In this document: positions 54,290 through 64,000 of the stretch, piece after piece
How positions within the stretch are numbered: position 1 is the stretch's first letter
Layout of the letters: each line of letters starts with the position of its first letter
Assembly (NCBI GenBank): GCA_029548865.1
Contig: JAKPMO010000002.1
Coordinates: 64,001 to 128,000 of the forward strand
Direction of reading: 5' to 3'
DNA from: Caldisericota bacterium
Lineage (GTDB): Bacteria > Caldisericota > Caldisericia > JAAYUI01
DNA length: 64,000 nt
Program-made: the position numbers and the translations under genes
Notes under the pieces: generated by a model
The model's input: only the letters and a program-made list of their open reading frames with translations
Database searches by the model: none
What the model was told of the DNA's origin: nothing

Positions 54290-57235
54290 ATGATCAGGAC
54301 AAAGTTTTTGGGGATATGCCTTTCCTGCATTATTCTTGTGGGGTTTTCGTTTCCCATAAACCCTCAAATCCTTAGCGTTGTCTCTGTTCCAACAAGACTT
54401 CATTTTGAACTTGATGCCTATTGCTCGATAGGCAAACTTGATCATCCTGCTTTTGCAAACGAGGAGTTTCCTCAATTTTCTTCCTTTCCAAGATTCAAAG
54501 TGGCCATTGTGCCTGTTGCTACCGATACTAGACTCAATGGAACAAACCTCAAAAGACTCATTAATGTAAAAGATTTTGCAGATTATATTTCTTTTCATGC
54601 CCCAAATCTCAAGCTTGTGCAGCTCGGTGAAAGCTACACCTATTATCAAAATGGCCAGCCGGTCAACACGGGCAAGCTTTACAATGCGCTCACGGTGTCG
54701 TCCGATGATCCAAAAAGCGTCAAGGAGAGGATTGAAGCGACCCTTTCAAACAAAAAGGTCAATTGGACAATGCCGGCTGCTGAGCGCAGTTACTATGATG
54801 TCAGGGTGTTTGCGTCGCCAGATCCACCCTTCTCACTAGGAGAACTGACCAGCGACAAAAAATCTCTTGCCAATGGGGCCTTTCTTGACCAGCTTTCCCA
54901 GGGCTATTTCCCGGAGAATGGTTTTGCAAGGGAGAACGTAAAATTCAATGCTTGCCAGCCGTATACCGTTGTACCTGTTATTGTTGCGCAAGACAATTTC
55001 CTTGATTTCATGTTCAGGCCCGTCGGGACAGTTTTCGAAGAGGTTGGTGGGGAATATGTCCAAAAGCCCTCTTCCGAGTCAGCATGCGCAATAAAATCCA
55101 TTTTTCACGATGTTATTTTTGATCAAACAAGCTCTTCAATGGGTTTTGATGGTGTCATGGACATGACGATCAAAACCAAGTTGAGATATAAAAATGAGTT
55201 CAGGTTTGACTATTCGGTTGATCCACCGGAAATAGCCGGTCTTTCAGCGTTGCCGCTTGCAACATCCAACAATGGTGTTTCAAGCATGTTTGAACAGTCT
55301 GGCAAAAACCATCTTGTTCAGGGTTTCATGTCACTGGGAAAATTGTACAGGTGGATGCCGCAAACTGACCCGGCGTATCCAAACCAGAAACTGCTCATAA
55401 AGCCCGCCGTCAGAGACAGGGTACTTGCAGATGGGACTTACTGGGAACTTTCAAAATTCAGGGTCCATTTTCCAGATGCCACGCTTGTGGATGGGAAGGT
55501 GGAGGTCACCGAAAAGTTTGTTGATGTCTCCCCCATCAAGTTTGATGAGATATCACAGGGGAGATTTGCATACTTCACTTTCACAAATAATCCACTGCTG
55601 GAAGGCGCCGATTCGACCTTCTTCGTGGAGAAAATAGACAGGCCTTTCAGGGTTGAGGCAGTGTATGAACCGGGCAGACTTGGTGCCAGAGGAAAGCAGA
55701 ACACTGCCGAATCAACAAGGCTCAAACTTTTCTGGTCGGCGACGCCACAAATGAAGGACCTGGCAAAGAGAAAAACCCAGGAATATGGGGAAAACTGGTG
55801 GAAAAAAGCTTTTCCAACTTACTACAAGATCGTTCTCAAGGGTCCGGACGGCCAGAAAACATTTGACAAGATAAATCCCATGCAGGAGTCAATGATTGCC
55901 GATGGGTTGAAACCAGGCGCCGAATACTCATGGGAACTACAGACGTGGGTATCTGATGCCGAGGGTTCACCCCAGCTTGTCGAGACCTGGAAATCCGATT
56001 TTGTCAAAACAAAGCCTTTGCCGCTCCTTGTCGGCCACTGTGGCCAGCCTTCAATCATCAAGGTAAAAACAGCCGTTGATGTTGATGGTGATGAAGTTTG
56101 GGTAATATCGGCCCCAATGGCGTATGAGCTGGGCCTGACAAAATTCCAGCCGCTCTATTTTATGGCCAAGCCAACATCTTTTGGGCAATTCGAGAAACTC
56201 CTGAAATCAAAAACATACTATACGGTCGTTGAAAAAGATGATCAAAACTATCTCAGGGCCTACATAAAAGTATCGGCCTTCTCCGACTCGTATGAAAAGG
56301 ACGATCAGGGAAGAAATATCATCCACCTTGAATTCCAGCCTGTTGAAGTCAGGGTGGAAGGCGAGGCTGTTGATGAATTCATGCAACCCATTGGCAAATC
56401 CCTCGGCGGACATGCCGGAACGTGGTGGCCTGCGAGGGACGGCCCGTCAACCTCGTCGTTGAGGGTTGTTGAGGCCCCCCTGCTTGTCAAAACCAACAAA
56501 CTCTATCGCTTCAGAAGATGGACCTGGGTTGGTCCGATTTATGCACTGAGGACCCCAATCGAGGACGCTGAAAAGGGTATCGCCGTTTTGTTTGCCAATG
56601 TTGATGGTTGCCAGGCGAACCCTGACAAATATGTAAAGCCAAAGATATATGCCGTTTATGATACTGTGCCAGTGGATTGTTTTACGGTCACCTCAGATTT
56701 CGCAATCAACTGGAAACCTGTTGCTTACAGTGGAAGAATACCTATAAAACCGGAAGGTGATTGCCCGGGCAACTCCAGCGCGTATATGGCCGGAACACAG
56801 GTATCAATCGGCCCGGCACCAAAAGAGATTGTTATTGAGGAACTTAAATACAAATTTGTTGGTTGGATAATTGGTGAGAATTCGATTCCTGGAAAGGAAG
56901 TCTTAACCATAAACGTTGACAAGTCATACAACGTCCTGGCCAACTACCAGCCGGCCAATGATAGGTATGAGCTGTTCTTCTTTACTGACGCTGATGGCAG
57001 GCGCATAGACCTCAGACTGAGCGTAAATCCTCCACCAGACAAAGACGGTCTCTATAAGGCCGGAACTGTCGTAACGGTCGGCCCAGCACCACTAGAGCTC
57101 GATGATGGCAAATACTCATTTGCAGGTTGGGCGCTGGATGGCAATATTGTTGGGACTGATTTCAGGACAAATTCAATCCAGGTGACCATGGACAAAGCCC
57201 ACAGGCTCATCTGTCTCTACAAGCTCGGCGGGTAG
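54290..57235 (+). CDS. Large secreted hypothetical protein with an Fn3-like domain and C-terminal InlB B-repeat-like modules
   Basis: Signal peptide; GLKPGAEYSWELQT (Fn3); Y.AGT.V..GPAP..Y.F.GW...(I/V).(V/M)DK repeats. Confidence 0.75.
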   Translation: MIRTKFLGICLSCIILVGFSFPINPQILSVVSVPTRLHFELDAYCSIGKLDHPAFANEEFPQFSSFPRFKVAIVPVATDTRLNGTNLKRLINVKDFADYISFHAPNLKLVQLGESYTYYQNGQPVNTGKLYNALTVSSDDPKSVKERIEATLSNKKVNWTMPAAERSYYDVRVFASPDPPFSLGELTSDKKSLANGAFLDQLSQGYFPENGFARENVKFNACQPYTVVPVIVAQDNFLDFMFRPVGTVFEEVGGEYVQKPSSESACAIKSIFHDVIFDQTSSSMGFDGVMDMTIKTKLRYKNEFRFDYSVDPPEIAGLSALPLATSNNGVSSMFEQSGKNHLVQGFMSLGKLYRWMPQTDPAYPNQKLLIKPAVRDRVLADGTYWELSKFRVHFPDATLVDGKVEVTEKFVDVSPIKFDEISQGRFAYFTFTNNPLLEGADSTFFVEKIDRPFRVEAVYEPGRLGARGKQNTAESTRLKLFWSATPQMKDLAKRKTQEYGENWWKKAFPTYYKIVLKGPDGQKTFDKINPMQESMIADGLKPGAEYSWELQTWVSDAEGSPQLVETWKSDFVKTKPLPLLVGHCGQPSIIKVKTAVDVDGDEVWVISAPMAYELGLTKFQPLYFMAKPTSFGQFEKLLKSKTYYTVVEKDDQNYLRAYIKVSAFSDSYEKDDQGRNIIHLEFQPVEVRVEGEAVDEFMQPIGKSLGGHAGTWWPARDGPSTSSLRVVEAPLLVKTNKLYRFRRWTWVGPIYALRTPIEDAEKGIAVLFANVDGCQANPDKYVKPKIYAVYDTVPVDCFTVTSDFAINWKPVAYSGRIPIKPEGDCPGNSSAYMAGTQVSIGPAPKEIVIEELKYKFVGWIIGENSIPGKEVLTINVDKSYNVLANYQPANDRYELFFFTDADGRRIDLRLSVNPPPDKDGLYKAGTVVTVGPAPLELDDGKYSFAGWALDGNIVGTDFRTNSIQVTMDKAHRLICLYKLGG

Positions 57236-57260
57236 CTTGTAACAGTGAAAGGAATGATTG

Positions 57261-57902
57261 ATGAAACAAAACGGTGTTAAACTCTCTACTGCAATAATTC
57301 TTGCCATTGTAGTTGGAATTGCCTCATATTTTGCAACAGCTTTTTTCATTGGTGCGTGGCCTTTTGAGAAGGCAAAGCAGCCAACTACAAAAGACCTTCT
57401 AAAGGAATCTGGGTCACAGGATGGCTCACTTGAAGGCCTGTTCCCTGATGGAAAAGGCACTTATGGCACTTCAGATGGTTCGCAAAAGACATTTGATGGT
57501 TTTTCCATAGCCTTTCCAGATAAATGGCTCTATATGAGAATGCAAGATTCTGGCGTTGTTACTGGCCTGGATTCGCTTGATCCGATGGCCTCGGTTCAGG
57601 TGCTAAAGCTTTCGGGGAAGGACGTTCCCGAAGGTGACCCGGAAAAGGCACTGGATGAAATCCTCAAAACAACCGATGATAGCAAAATCGAAATCATAAG
57701 CAGAGAAAAGGTAAAATTTCTGGACAAGGACTGTTCACTTTTTCTTGGCAAGACCAAGAGGATGGACAAGGAGATCGGGATGATAACGCTTGTTGTGCCA
57801 AGCAGCAAGGACGCTTATGTCGTAATGGGCACTTTTAATGTTGATGATGGCAAAACCAAAGAAATTGTTGAAGATGTTATTGCGACATTCAGGCTAGAAT
57901 AG
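57261..57902 (+). CDS. Single-TM hypothetical protein (PsbP/DcrB-like fold possible)
   Basis: N-terminal TM; FSIAFPDKW and C-terminal VIATFRLE typical of PsbP-like domains. Confidence 0.65.
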   Translation: MKQNGVKLSTAIILAIVVGIASYFATAFFIGAWPFEKAKQPTTKDLLKESGSQDGSLEGLFPDGKGTYGTSDGSQKTFDGFSIAFPDKWLYMRMQDSGVVTGLDSLDPMASVQVLKLSGKDVPEGDPEKALDEILKTTDDSKIEIISREKVKFLDKDCSLFLGKTKRMDKEIGMITLVVPSSKDAYVVMGTFNVDDGKTKEIVEDVIATFRLE

Positions 57903-57908
57903 AAATAA

Positions 57909-58868
57909 ATGCTGGCGCTTACAAGAATTCTGCAGCTCCTTGACATGTTGTTACAGGCAGGTAGCAGAAAGCTCACAAGTGCTGAAATATCAAACAAGCT
58001 TGAGATTTCAAGACGCCAGATCATAAGGGACATAGACAAACTCAGAGACGAAGGTTTCAACATCCGCTCTGACATGAACGGCTACTGGCTTGAAACTGCG
58101 CCTGATTTAGGCAGTTTCGGGTTGAGCAAGTTTGACAAATTTGTGATTACAACAGGGCTTGGGAGGATAATCGATTCAAAAGACCCGTGTCTTTCAAGGA
58201 TAGCCCAGGAAATCATTGAAAAGATCACAAACGAGAATCCCCAGACTGGTAGAGAAAAACCGGTCGATGAATTCAAGGTTGTCTATCTCAACGAGATAAA
58301 AAAAATCCAGAAAATAAGAGTTGCCATAGACTCAATGGTTGTGATCAATTTCAAGTACGAGCGTCCCAACAAGCTCGATGAAAAGCTCAGGAAAGTCAAA
58401 CCATACGAGCTTTTTTTCAAGAGACATGCCTACTATATGATTGCAATGCCAGAAGACAGCGACACTCTTATCATGTACAGAGTCAACAGGATGAAAGATA
58501 TAACACTCACCAGAGAGAGGTTCGTCAGAAGGCCCATAGATTTGAACAGCCACCTTTCAAACGCTTTTGAAGTGATGATTACTGGGCCGGTTGAAGACGT
58601 CGAAATACTGTTCAAAAAAAGTGTTGCGCCTTTTGTGTCGGAGCTTGTATGGCACAGCACGCAGAAAATAACTAAGAATGATGATGGGAGCATTATTTTT
58701 AAGGCAAGAGTTGCGATCAACCACGAGATTTTGCGCTGGGTGATGGGATATGGTAACGAGTGCGTTGTAGCCAAGCCAGAGCAACTCAAGCAGATGGTCA
58801 TAGAGCAAACAAAACTAATGCTGGAGGACTATCTTGACCAAAAGTCACCAAATGTCATTAATGCTTGA
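57909..58868 (+). CDS. HTH-WYL-WCX transcriptional regulator (YafY/PafBC family)
   Basis: LEISRRQIIRDIDKL HTH; R.VKPY.L....AYYM; YRVNRM; WVMGYGNECVVAKP. Confidence 0.92.
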   Translation: MLALTRILQLLDMLLQAGSRKLTSAEISNKLEISRRQIIRDIDKLRDEGFNIRSDMNGYWLETAPDLGSFGLSKFDKFVITTGLGRIIDSKDPCLSRIAQEIIEKITNENPQTGREKPVDEFKVVYLNEIKKIQKIRVAIDSMVVINFKYERPNKLDEKLRKVKPYELFFKRHAYYMIAMPEDSDTLIMYRVNRMKDITLTRERFVRRPIDLNSHLSNAFEVMITGPVEDVEILFKKSVAPFVSELVWHSTQKITKNDDGSIIFKARVAINHEILRWVMGYGNECVVAKPEQLKQMVIEQTKLMLEDYLDQKSPNVINA

Positions 58869-59001
58869 CATAAAAATATATTTGTGCTAGTTTGCAATCA
58901 GTATTATACTTTAATGTATATTTCATGTGATAAAGCGACATCAATTTGGGGATGAACCAAAATGGTGGTCAGCGCGTACCTTTTTTTGAAAGGAGAAAGC
59001 C

Positions 59002-61470
59002 ATGAAAAGAACGCTTTGTGCGCTTCTTGTTTTTGTGCTTGCTGCCCCGGTCGTTTTTTCGGCCACATCAGACAGCATAACCATACCGTCTTTCGCAAAA
59101 TATAAGGACAATCCAGTCCTTCTTGCCAGGAAGGCAAAGCCTGGCGAATCAAAATACTTCGACTCCTCCGCTGTGACCGACCCATGCGTCATCTACTGGG
59201 AAGGCAGATACCACATGTGGTATACAGGCTGGATCAACTGGATGGGTGGCTCTGGCAGACAAGGGAGAATAGGCTACGCAATCTCGCCCGATGGCAAGAA
59301 ATGGACCAGGGTGGATGGCACTGCTGGTGGAATTGAAGCTCCGGGAGCAGTCCTTGGAACTGGCGCCAGCAATGAGTATGACGGGTTCTCTGTCCAGTCC
59401 CCATGGGTCATCAATGACAATGGTAAACTCAGAATGTATTATGTTGCCGTTGACACCAAAGGCAAAATGACCCTTGGCCTTGCCGAGAGCAATACCGGAA
59501 ATTACTGGAACAAGAAGGGCCAGATACTCATGCCCACAAATGAGCTGGCTTTCGATGGTTTCCAGGTCGGAAAGTGCTCGGTTGTAAGAGTCAACAACAT
59601 CTTCAAGATGTGGTATGAGGGCCAGTCCAAAATCGATTCAAGGTGGAGGATCGGCTATGCCACGTCGTATGATGGTTCGACCTGGACCAAAAACATTGGT
59701 GAAAAAACTGGCGGAGCAGTCCTTGACCTTGGCGACAAGATAACTGATTTTGACAACTTCACGGTCAGAGCGCCAAGCGTGGTCTTTGACGGTGTCTATT
59801 ACTATATGTGGTATGACACCTCGATGAGGGACGAGAAAACCAGCCAGATTGGAATCGCGACCTCAGTCAATGGAATAAGTTTTGAAAAGAAGGGTGTTTC
59901 CCTTGATGTCGGCAAGATAGGTGATTTTGATGCACAGAGAGTTGCCTCTCCTGGTGTCCTGAAGAATGGCCTTGTTTTCTACCTTTATTACTGCAATTAC
60001 TCCGACACCAACTCTGGCATTGGCCTTGCGACTTCAGGTGATTTGCCGGCCAACATCGGATCGGGTGTTGTGAAGCTTGACTGCAAGATCGGTGACGGTT
60101 TTGACTTCTCGCTTGGCAACAAAACAATTGATCCGACACTCGCTGATCTCGTTGTGGACTGCGGTTTTGGCGCCCCCAGAATGTGTGGCAGATATATAAG
60201 AAACGCTGTTGATTTTGCCGATGCAGAGTGTGTTCCTGCAGAGGGCTATCCAGCCGTTTCAAGCGTTAAGGAAAACTGCCAGAATATCGAAGTTGGCGCG
60301 ACCTATGCTTTCAAGACCATCAACGAGCAAAATTATGCCAAGATCAAGATAGAGGGCATCTGGCAGGACCCAGTTGACCCGAACCACTACGAAATAACCA
60401 TCAAGTGGATGTACCAGAGCAATGGTTCGCCCTGTTTCATTGGCGGGTCAAAAGAGCCACCTTCAAAACCATACAACCTCACCTGCGTGCCCGGCGACAG
60501 GGCCATCAAGCTCCAGTGGACAGCCGCTTTTGCGCCACCAGGAAAAGTCATTTCCTATTATGTCTACAGAGCCGATGAATCAGGTCAGGCCCAAAAGAAC
60601 AAGTCGCCAATACATGATTTCCCAGTTTCTCTAACGCAGTACACTGACATAGGTTTGACCAATGGGAAGACATACTACTACATCGTCAGGACGATTGACC
60701 AGTTTGGCAACATATCGGAAGCCTCAAATGAGACCTTCTGCCAGCCAAAGGCCGTCCATCCACCTACCTTCCCGCAGCCTCTTCCACCGGCCGGTGGAGC
60801 GCCTGTACCAGGCGACGGCTCATTTGATAATCCTTGGGTAATAGAGCAAAATCCTTGGGAATTTGACTGGTGTGGCTTCCAGCCGCAAACGCTGGTCATC
60901 ATAGCCGGAACCCAGTACGTTGCAGATGGCAATGGTTGCATTCATGTTTCAATAACACTTAAACCAGGCGGAAAGAACCAGATTGAATACACAATCATAA
61001 CCCCGACTGGTGACACGCTCTCTGGAAGCATCTGGGCAACACTAAAAGACACAAATGTTCATATAGAACTCTGGATTGGTAGGGGCTATATGATGAGAAA
61101 CAACCAGCAGATGACACTTGACCAGCCGCCAGAAATAAAGTTCGACAGAACAATGATCCCTATAAGGGCTGTCAGTGAGGCGCTTGACTGCCAGGTGGAA
61201 TGGGATGAAAAACAGAGAAAAATTACTGTCAGCAACTGCCTTAATAAAATCGAGCTTTGGATCAATAAGCCAACAGCTGTTGTAAATGGGACTCCTATAG
61301 CGATAGATGACAAGGATAAGAAAGTTGTTCCATATATATCTAAAGCTGGCAGGACCCTTGTTCCGTTCCGCTTCATAAGCGAAACGCTTGGTGCAAATGT
61401 TCAGTATGATGCAAACGAAAAAAAGGTAACAATAGATTATACACCACCAAAGTGTCCCAAGAACCCGTAA
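59002..61470 (+). CDS. Secreted GH-like 5-bladed beta-propeller + HmuY-like + Fn3 + stalk domain protein
   Basis: AAAGGAG SD; repeats P.V....Y.MWY.G...IGYA.S.DG..W; YAFKT..NYAKIKI; Fn3 GLTNGKTYYY; GRTLVPFRFISETLGA. Confidence 0.85.
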   Translation: MKRTLCALLVFVLAAPVVFSATSDSITIPSFAKYKDNPVLLARKAKPGESKYFDSSAVTDPCVIYWEGRYHMWYTGWINWMGGSGRQGRIGYAISPDGKKWTRVDGTAGGIEAPGAVLGTGASNEYDGFSVQSPWVINDNGKLRMYYVAVDTKGKMTLGLAESNTGNYWNKKGQILMPTNELAFDGFQVGKCSVVRVNNIFKMWYEGQSKIDSRWRIGYATSYDGSTWTKNIGEKTGGAVLDLGDKITDFDNFTVRAPSVVFDGVYYYMWYDTSMRDEKTSQIGIATSVNGISFEKKGVSLDVGKIGDFDAQRVASPGVLKNGLVFYLYYCNYSDTNSGIGLATSGDLPANIGSGVVKLDCKIGDGFDFSLGNKTIDPTLADLVVDCGFGAPRMCGRYIRNAVDFADAECVPAEGYPAVSSVKENCQNIEVGATYAFKTINEQNYAKIKIEGIWQDPVDPNHYEITIKWMYQSNGSPCFIGGSKEPPSKPYNLTCVPGDRAIKLQWTAAFAPPGKVISYYVYRADESGQAQKNKSPIHDFPVSLTQYTDIGLTNGKTYYYIVRTIDQFGNISEASNETFCQPKAVHPPTFPQPLPPAGGAPVPGDGSFDNPWVIEQNPWEFDWCGFQPQTLVIIAGTQYVADGNGCIHVSITLKPGGKNQIEYTIITPTGDTLSGSIWATLKDTNVHIELWIGRGYMMRNNQQMTLDQPPEIKFDRTMIPIRAVSEALDCQVEWDEKQRKITVSNCLNKIELWINKPTAVVNGTPIAIDDKDKKVVPYISKAGRTLVPFRFISETLGANVQYDANEKKVTIDYTPPKCPKNP

Positions 61471-61494
61471 AAAGACAATTTCAGAGCTGAATTT

Positions 61495-61526
61495 AATCCC
61501 CCACCCATACGGGTGGGGGATTTTTT
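61495..61526 (+). terminator. Rho-independent terminator
   Basis: AATCCCCCACCC-ATAC-GGGTGGGGGATTTTTT. Confidence 0.8.
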
Positions 61527-61570
61527 AATGTAACCAGCCAGGGCAAACGTGAATCAAAGACAGTAACAAT

Positions 61571-61771
61571 ATGATGAGTGACTTAAAAAATTTGCTTAAG
61601 GTTCACAGGGTGCCCGGATTGTTCACGCAGAGCGTTATTGATGCATGGCGTGACAGACAAAACAAGCAGAAAGTCGTAAAGACAACAGCCGTCGCAAGCT
61701 ATTTCCTTTTTGCAGCGTTTTTGGCGTCGCTTCTGCTCATGTTTGCCAACAGGAGGCAAAGTGGAGCTTAA
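61571..61771 (+). CDS. Small hypothetical single-TM protein heading the fab operon
   Basis: 66 aa, one C-terminal TM; overlaps the fabZ start by 11 nt. Confidence 0.5.
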   Translation: MMSDLKNLLKVHRVPGLFTQSVIDAWRDRQNKQKVVKTTAVASYFLFAAFLASLLLMFANRRQSGA

Positions 61772-62198
61772 TCAAAGTGAAATTCAGAAAATTCTACCGC
61801 ACCGCTATCCGTTCCTTTTTGTGGACAAAATACTTGAGCTTGAGCCTGGTGTAAAGGCTGTAGGAGTCAAGGCGGTAACTGGAACAGAGTCCCATTTTCA
61901 GGGGCATTTCCCTAACTATCCCGTAATGCCCGGCGTATTGATTGTTGAGGCCCTGGCCCAGGTCGGCGCTGTTTGTGGGCTTTCCCTCCCCGAATACGAG
62001 GGTGCGTTGGCCTTTTTTGCCGGTATTGAAAACCTGAGGTTCAAAAGACAGGTTGTTCCTGGTGATCTTTTGAGGCTTGAGATTGTTGTTGAGAGTGTCA
62101 AGATGGGTGTTTTCAAGTGCAATGCAACAGCCTATGTTGGTGATGAAGTCGCTGTTTCAGGGAGGCTTCTGGCCGCACTTCGAAAGGTGGAGAAATGA
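61761..62198 (+). CDS. fabZ: 3-hydroxyacyl-ACP dehydratase
   Basis: [32 protein letters not shown] start with AGGAGG SD. Confidence 0.96.
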   Translation: MELNQSEIQKILPHRYPFLFVDKILELEPGVKAVGVKAVTGTESHFQGHFPNYPVMPGVLIVEALAQVGAVCGLSLPEYEGALAFFAGIENLRFKRQVVPGDLLRLEIVVESVKMGVFKCNATAYVGDEVAVSGRLLAALRKVEK

Positions 62199-63172
62199 TA
62201 AATTCAGGAATCTTTGGTATAGGGACCTACCTACCCGAGAAGGTACTGACAAATTTTGACATGGAGAAAATAGTTGACACTACCGATGAATGGATAGTGT
62301 CTAGGTCTGGAATAAGAAATCGCCATGTTGTGGCCGAGGGACAGGCAACATCGGACATTTCCGTAATTGCTGCCCAGAGGGCCCTTGAAAATGCAGGTCT
62401 TGAGGCGAAGGACATAGACATGTTTATCGTTGCCACAGCAACGCCTGACATGCTGTTTCCGTCAACTGCTTGCATTGTTGCTTCCAAATTGGGCATTGTA
62501 GGCCCACCTGCATTTGACATCGCAGCTGGTTGCACCGGTTTTGTCTATGCTTTGACTCTTGCAAACTCATTTATTAAGTCTGGAATCCACAAGAGAATCC
62601 TTGTTATTGGGGCAGAGTCGCTCACAAGAATTTTGGACTGGACTGACAGATCAACATGCGTTCTTTTTGGTGATGGTGCTGGAGCAGTCATTGTTGGTGA
62701 AACTGAAAGAAATGGCATTGTGCACTCGGTCCTTGGGGCCGATGGTTCTGGTGGGCACAACCTCACCCTTCCTGCTGGAGGTTCGGCACTGCCCGCCTCC
62801 CATGAAACCGTTGATAAAAGATTGCATTATGTTCACATGAATGGGCCTGAAGTTTTCAAGTTTGCCGTAAGGGCAATGGCAAAGAGCTGCAAAGAAGTTT
62901 TGGAAAAGGCTGGAATGACAGTTTCAGACATCAATTGGTTTGTGCCACATCAGGCAAATATAAGGATCATCGAGTCAGCCTCCCAGAAACTTGGGATACC
63001 GATGGAAAAAGTCCTTGTGACCCTGGACAAGACTGGTAATACCTCTGCAGCGACAATTCCGATAACCATAGACATGGCAGTAAAAGAAGGAAAAATAAAG
63101 AAAGGAGACAAGCTCCTTGCAGTGGCTTTTGGCGCTGGATTGACATGGGGAGCTGTGGTCCTGGAATGGTAG
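62195..63172 (+). CDS. fabH: 3-oxoacyl-ACP synthase III
   Basis: [34 protein letters not shown]. Confidence 0.96.
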   Translation: MINSGIFGIGTYLPEKVLTNFDMEKIVDTTDEWIVSRSGIRNRHVVAEGQATSDISVIAAQRALENAGLEAKDIDMFIVATATPDMLFPSTACIVASKLGIVGPPAFDIAAGCTGFVYALTLANSFIKSGIHKRILVIGAESLTRILDWTDRSTCVLFGDGAGAVIVGETERNGIVHSVLGADGSGGHNLTLPAGGSALPASHETVDKRLHYVHMNGPEVFKFAVRAMAKSCKEVLEKAGMTVSDINWFVPHQANIRIIESASQKLGIPMEKVLVTLDKTGNTSAATIPITIDMAVKEGKIKKGDKLLAVAFGAGLTWGAVVLEW

Positions 63173-63912
63173 ATCTTGAAGGAAAAGTAGCACTGGTAAC
63201 CGGTTCCTCAAGAGGCATAGGCAGATCAATTGCGCTTGAACTGGCAAAAGATGGTGCTGATATAGCAGTGAATTACCCTTTTGAGGCCGAGCTTGAAAAT
63301 GCAAACGAAACCGCAAGGCTTGTCCACGAGTTGGGCAGGAGAGCCCTTGTTGTTGAAGCAAATGTTGCTAACCTTTCATCGTGCGAAGAAATGGCAAAAA
63401 GGGTTGTTTCTGAGTTGGGCAAAATAGATATTCTTGTCAATAACGCAGGAGTGACAGCAGATACTTTGATTTTAAGGATGAAAGAGTCTGACTGGGACAA
63501 GGTAATCGAAATCAACCTCAAAGGTACCTTTAATTGCACAAAAGCTTGCCTTAGGGCGCTAATGGAAACAAAAGGCAGGATCATCAACATTTCTTCAGTG
63601 ATTGGAATCATGGGCAACATAGGCCAGGCAAATTATGCTGCTTCAAAAGGCGGCATAATTGCTCTGACAAAATCTGTTGCCAAAGAGATGGGCTCAAGGG
63701 GCATAACATGCAACGCAATTGCTCCAGGTTTTATTGAAACACCAATGACCCAGGCACTTACAGAGCAGGTCAGAAATGAATATTTGAGCAAGATACCACT
63801 TCGAAGATTTGGTCTTCCCGAAGACATCGCAGGAGTAGCATCCTTCCTTGCCTCCCCGAAAGGCAGTTATATAAATGGGGCCACCATCGTAATCGATGGC
63901 GGGCTCCTCTAA
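63166..63912 (+). CDS. fabG: 3-oxoacyl-ACP reductase
   Basis: TGSSRGIG, NNAG, YAASK, PGFIET. Confidence 0.95.
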   Translation: MVDLEGKVALVTGSSRGIGRSIALELAKDGADIAVNYPFEAELENANETARLVHELGRRALVVEANVANLSSCEEMAKRVVSELGKIDILVNNAGVTADTLILRMKESDWDKVIEINLKGTFNCTKACLRALMETKGRIINISSVIGIMGNIGQANYAASKGGIIALTKSVAKEMGSRGITCNAIAPGFIETPMTQALTEQVRNEYLSKIPLRRFGLPEDIAGVASFLASPKGSYINGATIVIDGGLL

Positions 63913-63934
63913 TCCACTTTACAAGAGGTGAATC

Positions 63935-64000
63935 ATGAACACAAACGAAATTTTTGAACAGATGAAAGACATCATAGTCGAGAAGCTTGGCGTTGAAAAA
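63935..64000 (+). CDS. acpP: Acyl carrier protein (5' part; runs off window end)
   Basis: GAGGTG SD; MNTNEIFEQMKDIIVEKLGVEK; follows fabG. Confidence 0.8.
   Translation, partial: MNTNEIFEQMKDIIVEKLGVEK

Noticed and set aside
54031..58868. Genomic island integrated at the tRNAs
   Set aside because: No integrase and no duplicated tRNA 3' end seen in the window.
58930..58980. Imperfect hairpin in the leader of the 59002 gene as a riboswitch
   Set aside because: No aptamer consensus recognised and pairing is weak.

Overview
A 64 kb chromosomal window from an anaerobic bacterium. The many secreted proteins carrying a copper-amine-oxidase N-terminal ('stalk') domain suggest Caldisericota/Caldisericia (inference). 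Housekeeping blocks are fhs-folD-nadK-recN-ligA, tilS-hpt-ftsH-lipoate ligase, tRNA-Gln/tRNA-Glu, fabZ-fabH-fabG-acpP, and TPP riboswitch-thiT. These are interleaved with a large set of modular cell-surface proteins: two Vpr-like S8 subtilases, PQQ-type and GH-like beta-propellers, PEGA, SpoIID and several lipoproteins. I saw no transposase, integrase, CRISPR array, rRNA or prophage. The most notable observations are: (1) a 1799-aa secreted protein built from 17 tandem 8-cysteine ~85-aa domains, with a 1026-bp higher-order duplication; (2) cohesin-bearing stalk proteins plus a subtilase ending in cohesin+dockerin, a possible cellulosome-like proteolytic surface assembly; (3) a wHTH + radical SAM/SPASM pair, possibly a membrane-spanning lipid synthase; (4) a candidate ~90-nt sRNA with anti-SD motifs; (5) a triple TetR operator that also encodes the repressor's N-terminus; (6) repeated promoter geometry indicating leaderless mRNAs. 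All domain calls are by eye from motifs; no searches were run.
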